Shown: positions 19,269 to 30,020, numbered from the stretch's first letter. The stretch: 64,000 bases of DNA from a bacterium (GCA_965209155.1 OZ242383.1:2368001-2432000), one strand, 5' to 3'. Notes: generated from the sequence alone by a model not told the origin. Program-made: numbers and translations.

Positions 19269-20555
19269 TTACAAACCCGTGTTCAGCTTTTTTTCCAGGT
19301 AGAGAGAGTATCTTGACATACCGAAGCAACAAATCCAGAAAAAGAGAGCAACAAATAAGTAGACTTCATTTGCCAATCCTGCCCATTCGGCGTCAGCGAG
19401 GGATGAGCGTCCCAGACCCAGAATGTCGAGCATACCGATGATCAACACCAGGGTGGTATCTTTGAAGAGTCCAATGAAAGTGTTGACGATACCAGGGATG
19501 GATATCTTCAATGCCTGGGGCAGGATGATCAATCGCATGGCCTGCCAGTATTTCAATCCCAAAGAATCAGCTGCCTCAAACTGACCTTTTGGAATCCCTT
19601 GCAATGCTCCGCGTATCACTTCAGCAATATAACCGGATGCGAAGAACGTCACCATGATCAGCACGCGCATGAGCAAATCGAAATGAGTCCCTGGAGGGAG
19701 AAAATAATTGAGCATCGTCGAAGCAATGAACAAAAGCGCAATCAAAGGAACCCCCCGTATGAACTCAATGAAAACCACGCAAATTATTCGCAATGCAGGC
19801 ATGTTGGAAGTCCGCCCTAATGCCAATAGAATTCCAATCGGTAATGAAAATGAAATTCCGGTGACCCCAATGATGAGGGTCAGCATTACACCTCCAAATT
19901 CATCGCTCTCGATGATTGGTAGCTCGAAACCACTGAGGAGGGAAAAAATGTCGTTTATGAAAAAACCAAGTACTGAATAATAAACAATATACCACCACCA
20001 CCTGTATTTTCTTCCCAACATTCCTGCAAAAAAAGGAAGGAGGACCAATACCAATATAACGAAAAATGCGAGAATTGCGGAGTCTCCTTTCAAGAGCCAG
20101 GCGGCAATGAACGGGAAAGCAGCAGCGTAAAAAAGTCCATATTTCCTTTTCGGGGTCTTATCAAAAAGGATGGGGATCACTGCAACTATGAGGAGAACGA
20201 ATGAAAGATTGACTCGCCATCGCTCCACTTCCGGATAGAAACCGTAAATAAAAAGGCTGAACCGATTTTGGATAAATGCCCAGCATGCTCCTGCTCCGGG
20301 AGAGGTCATTTTGTCCCAACAATCCTTCCGTGAATTTGCGGTCCAGATGGATTCAAACACTACCCATTCCAATAATGGTGTTAAAATGAGCCAAATCAGG
20401 ATAATCCCCAAGAAGGTCAATAGAATATTCAGGGGGGTAGAAAAGAGATTTTTTCGCATCCAGCCTATGGCGCCGGTCGTTCTTGCAGGAGGCGGTAAAT
20501 CCGGGTGCGTTCCTGGAGCGTAATCTTTTTTGGTAGATCTTTCAGCCTGATCCAT
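19269..20555 (-). CDS. aapM: general L-amino acid ABC transporter permease
   Basis: WMRKNLFS, GACWAFI, FIRGVPL and EAA loop GQFEAADSLGL. Confidence 0.88.
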   Translation of the reverse strand: MDQAERSTKKDYAPGTHPDLPPPARTTGAIGWMRKNLFSTPLNILLTFLGIILIWLILTPLLEWVVFESIWTANSRKDCWDKMTSPGAGACWAFIQNRFSLFIYGFYPEVERWRVNLSFVLLIVAVIPILFDKTPKRKYGLFYAAAFPFIAAWLLKGDSAILAFFVILVLVLLPFFAGMLGRKYRWWWYIVYYSVLGFFINDIFSLLSGFELPIIESDEFGGVMLTLIIGVTGISFSLPIGILLALGRTSNMPALRIICVVFIEFIRGVPLIALLFIASTMLNYFLPPGTHFDLLMRVLIMVTFFASGYIAEVIRGALQGIPKGQFEAADSLGLKYWQAMRLIILPQALKISIPGIVNTFIGLFKDTTLVLIIGMLDILGLGRSSLADAEWAGLANEVYLFVALFFWICCFGMSRYSLYLEKKLNTGL

Positions 20556-21764
20556 CTATTTTTCCACGAGTTTCATCTTTTTATTGAAGACGTTCATAAC
20601 GCCTGCTATCAGCAGGGAAAAGGCAAGATAGATAAGTAAAACAATTATCATGGTTTCCATTTCTTTGCCTGTCTGCATCAGCGAAATTCCACCAATCGTC
20701 GCAACCACGTCCATATATCCGATTGCGATAGCCAGAGAAGAGTTTTTAGTGAGGTTAAGATATTGACTGGCCAGCGGTGGGATGATGATACGCAGTGTTT
20801 GAGGAATCAAAATGAGTTGTAAGGTCCGATTGGGGCGCAATCCCAGTGAATATGCCGCTTCCGTTTGACCATAGTTGATTGCCAATATGCCACCCCGTAC
20901 GATTTCAGCAATAAAACACCCTGTGTAGTACGACAATGCCAGCCAGAGCGCAACGAATTCGGGTCGCAGTACGATGCCTCCCTTGAAATTGAATCCTTTC
21001 AATTCAGGGATTTCAAAACTCATCGGTATTCCTGATGCTAAAAACGTGATTCCTGTCAATCCAACCAAAACAGAGACTGAAGTCCAAAACACGGGATAAA
21101 TTTTTCCCGTCTCATCCTGATTTTTTTTGGCCCATTTCCTGAAATAAAATATAAATATAACCGAGACGACAATTGCAGCTACCACGATCCAAATTGCGGG
21201 CTCAAACTTTGGTCTGGGGACGAAAATTCCACGATTTGTCAGGAAGAAAGAATCCATGAAATTCATGGCTTGTTTGGGCACTGGTAAGGAATGGATGATG
21301 ATGGCGTGGACAAAGAGAATATGCAAAAGGATCGGAATATTCCGGGTGATTTCCAGAAAAACATAAACCAGGCGGCTGACGAGCCAATTGTTGGAAAGGC
21401 GTAAGACCCCCATGGTAAAACCCAACACGGTAGCCAGTAAGATGCCGAAAACAGCAATCAGAATAGTATTGATGACGCCAATGACGGCTGCTCGAAGATG
21501 AGTATCGGTAGGGGAATAGGAAAGGATAGGTTGGAAAGTGATATCATAGCCTGCCGGGATAAAAAGGAAACCAAAATTAAATTCCTTCCCGATGGCCTCC
21601 AGGTTATTGGCAATATTCCTCAGGATCAAAGCCACCAAGGTCAGAATGACGATCAGCGTGATGATTTGGATGATGACAGAACGGGATTCTTTATTGCGCC
21701 AAAGACGGAAAATCCAACTCCCTTCGGTTTGTGACAATGTAATCTCTGACATCGGCGCCGCCAT
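20556..21764 (-). CDS. aapQ: general L-amino acid ABC transporter permease
   Basis: RNIPIL, AEIVRGGI, GQTEAA and LTKNSSLAIAIGY. Confidence 0.88.
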   Translation of the reverse strand: MAAPMSEITLSQTEGSWIFRLWRNKESRSVIIQIITLIVILTLVALILRNIANNLEAIGKEFNFGFLFIPAGYDITFQPILSYSPTDTHLRAAVIGVINTILIAVFGILLATVLGFTMGVLRLSNNWLVSRLVYVFLEITRNIPILLHILFVHAIIIHSLPVPKQAMNFMDSFFLTNRGIFVPRPKFEPAIWIVVAAIVVSVIFIFYFRKWAKKNQDETGKIYPVFWTSVSVLVGLTGITFLASGIPMSFEIPELKGFNFKGGIVLRPEFVALWLALSYYTGCFIAEIVRGGILAINYGQTEAAYSLGLRPNRTLQLILIPQTLRIIIPPLASQYLNLTKNSSLAIAIGYMDVVATIGGISLMQTGKEMETMIIVLLIYLAFSLLIAGVMNVFNKKMKLVEK

Positions 21765-21976
21765 CCATTGGGATTCTTTAACGATTGACAGATTTCTTCA
21801 TCGAGTCCCGGTACTTTATTTTCAGGGACAATCCTGAGATCCCAGAGAAAAGTAATGTTATGCCGCACTGGCTGAGAATCACCAATTTCCAATAACTACC
21901 AACATGAAAGGTACCAGCAACACGCCAGCGGAGTACTGACCCGTCGCCGGTACATTTTAGCAGGACTTTGCAAATC

Positions 21977-22993
21977 TTAGCGGAAGGGCGGAGAATATTG
22001 GAGTCCCCCTTCGGTCCAAAGGGCATTCAGTCCACGCTCCAATTTGATTGGAGTACTGGCTCCGAGATTGCGCTCGAAAATTTCGCCGTAATTGCCCACC
22101 ATTTTAATGATATTATAAGCCCAGTCTTGACTCAATCCGAGTTCTTGCCCCTGACTACCTTCTGTGCCGAGCAGACGTTTGATTTCTGGATCATTGGCAT
22201 TTTTCATCTGATCGACATTGGCAGAAGTCACGCCTTTTTCTTCCGCGGTGACTACGGCATTATAAACCCAACGAACGATGTCGGCCCATTGATCATCCCC
22301 TTGACGCACGGCAGGTCCCAGTGGCTCTTTGGAAATGATTTCCGGAAGAATGACATGGTTATCCGGATCGGTGAAGGTTGAGCGGGTTGCTGCAAGACCT
22401 GAAGCATCCGTGGTATATACGTCACATCGTCCAGCCAGATAGTTGGCTCGAGCCTCTTCATTGTTTTCGATGGTGACTGCTTCGTATTGCATGTTGTTGG
22501 TACGAAAATAATCCGCCAGGTTCAACTCGGTTGTTGTCCCGGTTTGAATGCAAACCGATGCGCCATCCAACTCTGAGGCACTATTGAGGCCCAGGCTTTT
22601 GTTGACCATAAACCCCTGACCGTCATAGTAATTGACACCCACGAAGGTCAGCTTGACATTCACGTCACGAGAAAATGTGATAGTGGTATTCCGCCAGAGA
22701 ACATCTCCTTCATTGGCGTTCAACTTGGTGAATCGAGTTTTTCCGGTAGCGGTAACATATTTGATATTGTCTGTGTTGCCAAGCACTGCCGCTGCTACGG
22801 CACGACAGAAATCAACATCGAAGCCTTGCCAATTACCACCCTCATCCGTATAAGCGAAGCCAGGGAGCCCTGTATTGATTATACAGCGTAATTCACCACT
22901 GCTTTTGATCTCATCGAGCGTGGCTGCGAATGCACTGAAAACAAAGGCGCTGCAGGCCATGAGCATCAATACTGTTTTTCCAATTACTTTCAT
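21977..22993 (-). CDS. aapJ: amino acid ABC transporter substrate-binding protein (copy 1)
   Basis: YYDGQGF, GTTTELN, ISKEPLGP and GLQYSPPFR terminus. Confidence 0.92.
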   Translation of the reverse strand: MKVIGKTVLMLMACSAFVFSAFAATLDEIKSSGELRCIINTGLPGFAYTDEGGNWQGFDVDFCRAVAAAVLGNTDNIKYVTATGKTRFTKLNANEGDVLWRNTTITFSRDVNVKLTFVGVNYYDGQGFMVNKSLGLNSASELDGASVCIQTGTTTELNLADYFRTNNMQYEAVTIENNEEARANYLAGRCDVYTTDASGLAATRSTFTDPDNHVILPEIISKEPLGPAVRQGDDQWADIVRWVYNAVVTAEEKGVTSANVDQMKNANDPEIKRLLGTEGSQGQELGLSQDWAYNIIKMVGNYGEIFERNLGASTPIKLERGLNALWTEGGLQYSPPFR

Positions 22994-23189
22994 AAATAAT
23001 CTCCTTTAAAAATGAGAAAAGTTGTCCAATGGAAATTGGACATGATTGAAAAATACGTATATATTTATGTAAAAATCTTTTTGAGTCAAGCCTAAAACGG
23101 ATTTCAGACAATATTTTTTCAAATTTTACACTTCAGCAATATTCCCGCGACTCCACCATTCTGCTGTCCGTGCACTAAAAACCACTGAG

Positions 23190-24206
23190 TTAGCGAAATG
23201 GAGGAGAATATTGCAGTCCTCCATCGGTCCAAAGGGCATTCAGACCCCGTTCGAGGCCAATTGGGGTGTTGGAACCGATGTTGCGCTCGAAGATTTCTCC
23301 ATAATTACCGACGGATTTAATGATATTGTATGCCCAATCCGCACTCAGTCCGAGTTCTTGACCCTGGCTGCCTCCTGTGCCAAGCAGGCGCTTGATTTCG
23401 GGGTCGTTGGCATTTTTCATCTGATCGACGTTGGCCGAAGTGACTCCTTTTTCTTCTGCGGTGACAATGGCATTGTAGATCCATCGCACGATATCAGCCC
23501 ATTGATCATCACCTTGACGTACGGCTGGTCCCAGAGGCTCTTTGGAAATGATTTCCGGAAGAATGACATGGTTTTCGGGATCCGTAAAGACGGAACGAGT
23601 TGCTGCCAGACCTGAAGCATCCGTGGTGTAAACGTCGCAGCGACCGGCTAAATAGTTGACCCGGGCTTCATCATTCGTTTCGATGGGTACCGCTTCGTAC
23701 TGCATGTTGTTCGAACGGAAATAATCCGCCAGGTTCAATTCGGTCGTTGTCCCGGATTGGATGCAAACCGACGCGCCATCCAATTCTGTGGCGCTTTCTA
23801 TACCCAGACTTTTGTTGACCATAAATCCTTGACCATCATAATAATTGACACCCACAAACGTCAGCTTGACGTTCACGTCGCGAGAAAATGTGATGGTGGT
23901 ATTTCGCCAGAGAACGTCTCCTTCATTGGCATTCAACTTGGTGAAACGGACTTTTGTGGTGGCAGTGACGAACTGAACTTTATTCGGGTCACCAAGCACC
24001 GCAGCCGCCGTGGCATAGCAGAAGTCCACATCAAAGCCTTTCCAATTTCCGGCATCATCCGTATAAGCGAATCCCGCAAGCCCCGGACTGATGATACAAC
24101 GCAATTCTCCTCTGCTTTGAACCTCCTCGAGCGTACCGGCGGATACGCTGGCAACAAAAACGCCACAAGCTATAAGCAATAATACGATTTTTACAATTAC
24201 TTTCAT
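23190..24206 (-). CDS. aapJ: amino acid ABC transporter substrate-binding protein (copy 2, tandem paralog)
   Basis: Highly similar to 21977-22993; GGAG RBS before ATG 24206. Confidence 0.92.
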   Translation of the reverse strand: MKVIVKIVLLLIACGVFVASVSAGTLEEVQSRGELRCIISPGLAGFAYTDDAGNWKGFDVDFCYATAAAVLGDPNKVQFVTATTKVRFTKLNANEGDVLWRNTTITFSRDVNVKLTFVGVNYYDGQGFMVNKSLGIESATELDGASVCIQSGTTTELNLADYFRSNNMQYEAVPIETNDEARVNYLAGRCDVYTTDASGLAATRSVFTDPENHVILPEIISKEPLGPAVRQGDDQWADIVRWIYNAIVTAEEKGVTSANVDQMKNANDPEIKRLLGTGGSQGQELGLSADWAYNIIKSVGNYGEIFERNIGSNTPIGLERGLNALWTDGGLQYSPPFR

Positions 24207-24486
24207 AATACAGTCTCCATTGAGGGGAAAAAATCGCCCAATGCGCATTGGACATGATTGAGAAATTCGAAAGTTTAATCTATACGAATACCATAAGAAG
24301 TCAAGGCCGAATCATAATTCAATTGAATGCATTAATCGAATGCTGAGAGCAATCATCCGTTCGATTAAAAATCTTTGAAGGCAAAAATTTTATCATGGGG
24401 CAATCCATGAATTATCCGGTACGGGTCGCAAAACACGTTATGTGGGGTACAACCCGACGAACCAATACCGTTGACTTCTGATTTCA

Positions 24487-25866
24487 TCAAGGAATCAATT
24501 TTCCCGGATTCATGAGATGGTCGGGATCCAGTGCTTTTTTGATACCGGCCATCACGGCAAGTGTCTGCCCGTGTTCGCTTTCCATGTATTGTAACTTGCC
24601 GTAACCGATGCCGTGCTCACCGGTACAGGTACCTCCCATTTTTAAGGCGCGCATGACCATGCGGTGACTGAGGAAATGGGCTTTCTCCGTCTCTGCTGGA
24701 GTATCCGGATCTACCAGAAAAATCATGTGGAAATTTCCATCACCCACGTGTCCGACCAGAGGAGCGAGCAGTCCGCTGGCCTGCACTTCTTTTTTAGTTT
24801 CCAGTATACATTCGGCGAGATGGGAGATCGGAACGCAGACATCCGTGGTCCATCCCTTGCAGCCCGGTCTGAGGGCTAATGCGGCATAGTAGGCATCATG
24901 ACGAGCCTGCCAGAGTTTGTTACGTTCTTCTTGTTTTCGAGCCCAACGGAAATCACCGCCTCCCTGTTCGCCAGCAATTTCTCCCACCATTTTTGCCTGC
25001 TCCGCAGCCGATTGTTCGGTTCCATGAAATTCAAAAAAGAGGGTGGGTTGCACGGGGTAATCCAGGTTCGAGAATTTGTTGACCGCATCCATCTGAATCT
25101 CATCCAACAGTTCAATACGGGCGACCGGGATTCCCAGTTGAATGGTTGGAATGACCGTATTGACTGCGCCTTCCAGGGATGGAAAGGAACAAACAGCCGA
25201 TGTGACAGCCTCCGGAATACCGTAAAGGCGAAGTTGGATCTCGGTGATCACTCCCAGCGTGCCTTCCGAACCGCAAAACAAATGAGTCAGGTCGTAACCG
25301 GCAGCTGTTTTACGGGCTCGTGTGCCCGTGCGGATGATCTGTCCGTCGGCAAGAACCACCGTCAATCCCAAAAGATTTTCTCGTATCGTTCCATATCGAA
25401 CCGCATTGGTACCCGATGCTCGTGTGGAAACCATTCCTCCCAGAGACGCATCGGCTCCCGGGTCAACCGGAAAGAACAAACCTGTGTCGCGTAAAGTATG
25501 GTTGAGCTGTTTGCGCGTAACACCCGCCTGAACACGACAATCCAGATCATCAGTGTTGACCTCCAGAACTCGATTCATTTCGGAAAGATCGATGCAAACA
25601 CCTCCTTTCAATGCTGCCACATGTCCCTCCAACGAAGTTCCCGTTCCAAAAGGGATGATGGGGGTCTGATAACGATGACAAATTCTCACTATTTCACTCA
25701 CTTCCTCGTTGGTACGAACAAATACCACAGCATCCGGAGGATAGGGTTTATGGAACGATTCGTCTTTCCCATGGTATTCCCTCACGTTGTGAGAGGTGGA
25801 AAATCGGTCATTTAACAGTGTTTGCAGTTCATCAAAACAGACTTTACTCGAAACAGTAGTTTTCAT
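24487..25866 (-). CDS. FAD-linked oxidase (D-lactate dehydrogenase/GlcD family)
   Basis: GTGTSLEG, FFPVDPGA, GSEGTLG, HVGDGNFH, GEHGIG and MNPGK motifs; start uncertain. Confidence 0.88.
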   Translation of the reverse strand: MKTTVSSKVCFDELQTLLNDRFSTSHNVREYHGKDESFHKPYPPDAVVFVRTNEEVSEIVRICHRYQTPIIPFGTGTSLEGHVAALKGGVCIDLSEMNRVLEVNTDDLDCRVQAGVTRKQLNHTLRDTGLFFPVDPGADASLGGMVSTRASGTNAVRYGTIRENLLGLTVVLADGQIIRTGTRARKTAAGYDLTHLFCGSEGTLGVITEIQLRLYGIPEAVTSAVCSFPSLEGAVNTVIPTIQLGIPVARIELLDEIQMDAVNKFSNLDYPVQPTLFFEFHGTEQSAAEQAKMVGEIAGEQGGGDFRWARKQEERNKLWQARHDAYYAALALRPGCKGWTTDVCVPISHLAECILETKKEVQASGLLAPLVGHVGDGNFHMIFLVDPDTPAETEKAHFLSHRMVMRALKMGGTCTGEHGIGYGKLQYMESEHGQTLAVMAGIKKALDPDHLMNPGKLIP

Positions 25867-26266
25867 TATTTTTGCCTTTCTCATCGGAAGTGGGCCAATT
25901 CGTTCGGACATAGTTACCACAACTGCAGACTCTGGTATAGTTAAAAATTCAACCTGAAGATTCCTCAATCACATTTGCAATGACAGTATTGAAGAATCTA
26001 TTTGTTTGAACTCAGGGTGATTTTATTAGTTGCGAAGCCTTGTAATGAAGGTCAGTCATCAACGTCAGCGCTTATTTATGGTTTTGAAACAATTTTAAGA
26101 GGTGGGAGTGTTCATTGAGGTCGTGCCTTGATACCTGCCTTGTCGAGAACGTCTTTAAACTGGGATTGACACAAAAAGAGGAGAAAATGTATAAATCAAA
26201 TGAAGATATTATATGGTGTTCCAGATTTAGAAGCGGATTATGAAATATCTCCAAAACAGAGCCGTT

Positions 26267-27649
26267 ATGCGTAAGTTTAATTTGAATAAAGTACGAAATT
26301 ATTCAAATCGGTGTTTGATTGCTCTTACTCTGGTTTTTCTGCCAATTTTGAGCAGTTGCGACAGAATTAAAAACTTGGTCGGGCAAACTGAATCCGAACA
26401 TGTTCAGCAACTCAAAGCCCTCTCTGCCCGGTTGAACGAGCTCGAAAGCGTTGTTCAGCAGCAGGCGTCCGTCTTGCAACAGATACGTGAAAATGTCACC
26501 CCGGCCGAAATATCCCCGCAGTGGGAGAATCACCTGGAGCAGCTGGAAAACCAGGTCGCCAGCAGCGATAAATGGCCGAAGGACGCAACTGAAGCAGGAC
26601 AATTTTTCGAGAAAACATCCAACCTCGTCAATGGTCTGCCGGTTTGGGTCGAAGCGAACTATCTTCCGCGACTTTCCTTGGTCCGATGGGCTGCGATGGC
26701 TTTCAACAGCCTACAAAACGCTCAAGATGACAGGCAGTCGCTGGATCAACTCGAACAACTCGTCGACGAGATGCGCGAACTGGCTGACTTCAGTCCCGAA
26801 GGTGGTTCAGTAGACCTGGTCAGACGATTGCGCGAAAACGCTGCAGAAATTGAGAAGAAGGTTACCAAACGGCGGATCGCAGAAGCCGTCAGACAGGCGA
26901 AACTATACGTGAGTGAAACGAATGAAGGAGATATCCCGGCTGATATTTCAGAAATTGCCAGACTTTACGAGTTTTTGGAGTTGTACGAGGAGGACAATGA
27001 ATACGCTGATTTCACCGATGACGATCTTCCGGGTCTCCGGAAAAAGTTGTACAAAAAAATTGTAATACGTCAAGCCGAAGACCAGGTAGCCAACCTGCAC
27101 GCTCAATGGAAGAACGTGAAAGAAATGGTAAAAGATCAACCCCAAGCAGCGGTTGATGAAGTTGCCACCAGGATGCTGCTTCAACAGGTGACGTCAGCCC
27201 AGGTGGCCCTTGTGCTGGAAGGTATCGAGACACCAGTTTATAACGAGTTGGAGAAAGAACTACGCGCAGCAGTGGAGACCATAGATTTCCAATTGGAAAA
27301 ACGTCAAGCAGAAGCCATACGCGACTATCAGCGCTGGTCTCTCGAGGAAATTAAGGATTTTGAAACCGCATTTGAGGAGATCAAAAAAAAGGCGGAAGAG
27401 GAAGGGTCATGGTGGCGTCAAGATAATGGTGGATGGATTGACGACTACTATAAGGAAGTACAAGATGCCATGATCAAGCATCTCCTGCCGATCAATGTCG
27501 CCTTGTTGGACCTGCCCGTTCTGGAACGCTATCAACAAGTATTTCAAACAGGGTGGAATAAATTGGATGGACGTAAAGATCAAACATCCGTGGCCAAAGC
27601 TTCCGCAATTACCCGGAAAAGACCACTACGGGATTTCCTGGAGGACTGA
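26267..27649 (+). CDS. hypothetical lipoprotein, acidic and coiled-coil/helical
   Basis: Hydrophobic signal ending in lipobox LSSC; long E/Q/L-rich ORF (the track starts at 26240). Confidence 0.7.
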   Translation: MRKFNLNKVRNYSNRCLIALTLVFLPILSSCDRIKNLVGQTESEHVQQLKALSARLNELESVVQQQASVLQQIRENVTPAEISPQWENHLEQLENQVASSDKWPKDATEAGQFFEKTSNLVNGLPVWVEANYLPRLSLVRWAAMAFNSLQNAQDDRQSLDQLEQLVDEMRELADFSPEGGSVDLVRRLRENAAEIEKKVTKRRIAEAVRQAKLYVSETNEGDIPADISEIARLYEFLELYEEDNEYADFTDDDLPGLRKKLYKKIVIRQAEDQVANLHAQWKNVKEMVKDQPQAAVDEVATRMLLQQVTSAQVALVLEGIETPVYNELEKELRAAVETIDFQLEKRQAEAIRDYQRWSLEEIKDFETAFEEIKKKAEEEGSWWRQDNGGWIDDYYKEVQDAMIKHLLPINVALLDLPVLERYQQVFQTGWNKLDGRKDQTSVAKASAITRKRPLRDFLED

Positions 27650-27651
27650 TC

Positions 27652-29031
27652 ATGAAAATCCGTCAAATTATGAGAATAACGATCTTGTTGCTGTGGGCTG
27701 TCACGACATCCCATCTCATTTGGGCTCTCACCCCCACGTCATCAATGGTATTCCCCCTGACAAAGGGAGAGCAGGCCGCAAGACTCAGGGGGATTGCCGG
27801 TGCGGAGGTCACTCGCAAGCTCTTTCCACTTTCGGTAGAAACGATCGAACCAAAGTTCTATTACCAACGCAATTATCGCCTCCCTTGGATTAAAGCAACC
27901 CTCAATCAACGGATACTGCTGGCGGAAAAGATTGGTGAACAAGGCCGCGCCAGGTTTGCTGCGGAACGGGGTTGGATTAAAATACTCGGGTCACGGAATC
28001 GTGGTATCCATCAAGGCCCGGACTCCGTCTATTGGGATCAACGATCAGGTCGACTCCGCGTGCTGGAAGCGAAAGGAGGAACTTCCCCACTCAAATGGAC
28101 TTTCAATAGCCGGCAGGGTACGAATTTAAATGCGATCAAGTCAGCAGAACGAGTTCTTCAATCATCAAAAGCAACCTATACGGCAAAAGTTGCGGCTGCT
28201 CGCGCAATTGTGGCCGCTCAGCAGGGTCGACTCGTTACTGGCGTAGTCAGTACTCCTCACGTATTAGGCGCTCCGCGTAACCCAGAGCTTTTAGGAGAGT
28301 GGAATCACTCAAACGTGAGAAAAGAGGCAATCGACATAGAACAGGAAATAATCCGCAAAAAGCCCGATTCACGAACAATCTTCCGGCATGCGCATAAGGA
28401 GCAATCATTCGCCATGCTGAAATACCGGGCGCCTCGGAGTCTGGCGATCATTGGATTTGCAGGAACCTTGGGATTGGGTTGGGATGCCTACCAGCAGTCA
28501 CAGACTGCCTGGTCCATCATCAATGATCCTGCCCTGACAGGAACCGTTCTAACCTACATGCAGACTGGCATGGATTTCGGTAGTATGACGCAGGCAACCG
28601 CTCAACCTGGTATTTTGAGGTTCTCCAAGTGGGGAGTCAGTAAGCTTGCCGGCATAATGTTTCTACCAGTCACCCTCGGAGTAGAGGGATTACAATTTGC
28701 CACAGACTATCATGAATATAATTTAGGTCGTATCAGCCAACGTGATCTCTATCGAAGAACCGCCAGTCCGGCAATCATTATGATTTTTACAGTTGGAGGA
28801 GGCATAGTTGGCGGGATTATTGGAATGCAAGCAGGTGGGATCGCAGCAATACCAGCTGCCATCGCCGGTGCCAATTACGGCGCATACGCAGCAATTCCCG
28901 TTTACTTGGCCGCCGTTTATATGTTGGACTGGTACTACCGTGAGTTCGATGAACATCAACGTCTGGCTGTTAATGAGGCAGTTGAAAAATGCTATGAGGT
29001 TGAAAATTGTCCAAAGGAGCCGGATCTCTAA
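27652..29031 (+). CDS. hypothetical exported/membrane protein with a PD-(D/E)xK-like motif and C-terminal glycine-rich hydrophobic segments
   Basis: Signal-like N-terminus; KIGE...QGPDSVY...VLEAKGG; C-terminal GGGIVGGIIG...AGANYGA. Confidence 0.65.
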   Translation: MKIRQIMRITILLLWAVTTSHLIWALTPTSSMVFPLTKGEQAARLRGIAGAEVTRKLFPLSVETIEPKFYYQRNYRLPWIKATLNQRILLAEKIGEQGRARFAAERGWIKILGSRNRGIHQGPDSVYWDQRSGRLRVLEAKGGTSPLKWTFNSRQGTNLNAIKSAERVLQSSKATYTAKVAAARAIVAAQQGRLVTGVVSTPHVLGAPRNPELLGEWNHSNVRKEAIDIEQEIIRKKPDSRTIFRHAHKEQSFAMLKYRAPRSLAIIGFAGTLGLGWDAYQQSQTAWSIINDPALTGTVLTYMQTGMDFGSMTQATAQPGILRFSKWGVSKLAGIMFLPVTLGVEGLQFATDYHEYNLGRISQRDLYRRTASPAIIMIFTVGGGIVGGIIGMQAGGIAAIPAAIAGANYGAYAAIPVYLAAVYMLDWYYREFDEHQRLAVNEAVEKCYEVENCPKEPDL

Positions 29032-29154
29032 GTCGATTTTAATTACACCCACGTTATCGGAGCAATTTGAAATTGCATGCAAATGATAGTAGAGTCATTA
29101 GAGTTTCTTCTGTATCCGGAAAGCTTTTTCAGACTCTCAAGCATATGAAAGATT

Positions 29155-29625
29155 ATGAAAACCGATCTCAAAGTCATAAACTACTTAAACCAAATCCTTG
29201 CCAACGAACTCACGGCAATCAATCAATATTTCTTGCATGCTCGCATGTTTAAAAATTGGGGTTTTAATAAACTCAACGAATATGAATTCCACGAATCGGT
29301 CGATGAAATGAAACATGCTGATAAGTTGATTGAACGAATTCTTTTTCTCGAAGGACTACCCAACCTTCAAGATCTTCACAAGTTGCGGATTGGAGAAAAC
29401 GTCCCTGAAATGCTGAAATGTGATTTGACTTTGGAAATGGCTTCCCATCCTGTAGTTCAAGAAGCGATCGCTTACTGTGAAAAAGTAGGAGATTATATTT
29501 CCAGGGAGCTATTGGAGGATATTTTGGAGAATGAAGAAGAGCACATTGACTGGCTGGAGACCCAGATTGAATTGATTGAGAAAGTCGGTTTGCAAAATTA
29601 CCTGCAAGAACAGATGAATGGCTGA
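29155..29625 (+). CDS. bfr: bacterioferritin
   Basis: [28 protein letters not shown] and EEEHIDWLE. Confidence 0.96.
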   Translation: MKTDLKVINYLNQILANELTAINQYFLHARMFKNWGFNKLNEYEFHESVDEMKHADKLIERILFLEGLPNLQDLHKLRIGENVPEMLKCDLTLEMASHPVVQEAIAYCEKVGDYISRELLEDILENEEEHIDWLETQIELIEKVGLQNYLQEQMNG

Positions 29626-29655
29626 ATTACTACCAGTTCAAATCACGACAAATTC

Positions 29656-29829
29656 TTAATTGATCTTTTTCTTACATTGTTGCAACAGATCTTCTGCATA
29701 TTCATGACATCTGCCGCACTGAATGGCAACTCCCAATCGGGCATTCAGAGCTGGCATCGTACTCATTCCTTCGCGAACTGCCTTTCGAATTTGTTGTTCC
29801 GTAATGTTTCTGCACAAACAAACAATCAT
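29656..29829 (-). CDS. bfd: bacterioferritin-associated ferredoxin (57 aa; not in the ORF track)
   Basis: Manual translation MIVCLCRNITEQQIRKAVREG...LGVAIQCGRCHEYA shows the CxC...CxxC Bfd motif next to bfr. Confidence 0.88.
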   Translation of the reverse strand: MIVCLCRNITEQQIRKAVREGMSTMPALNARLGVAIQCGRCHEYAEDLLQQCKKKIN

Positions 29830-29867
29830 ATGCTTAAATTCCTATCTCAGGTCCATTTTCCCTGATG

Positions 29868-30020
29868 TCATCTTTGAAACCCATCGGTCGTTTTTTGGGA
29901 TGACTTGGGCGAGTCCATTGTGTCCAGTGGATTCTTTGCCAATATGAGTATAATGGCGATGATCAGTAGAAGCGCAATGGTATAACTCCGATCTATGATC
30001 AATTTCGTTCTTGCTTTCAT
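29868..30020 (-). CDS. small single-pass membrane protein (50 aa; not in the ORF track)
   Basis: MKARTKLIIDRSYTIALLLIIAIILILAKNP...; GAGG upstream; co-oriented upstream of bfd. Confidence 0.4.
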   Translation of the reverse strand: MKARTKLIIDRSYTIALLLIIAIILILAKNPLDTMDSPKSSQKTTDGFQR

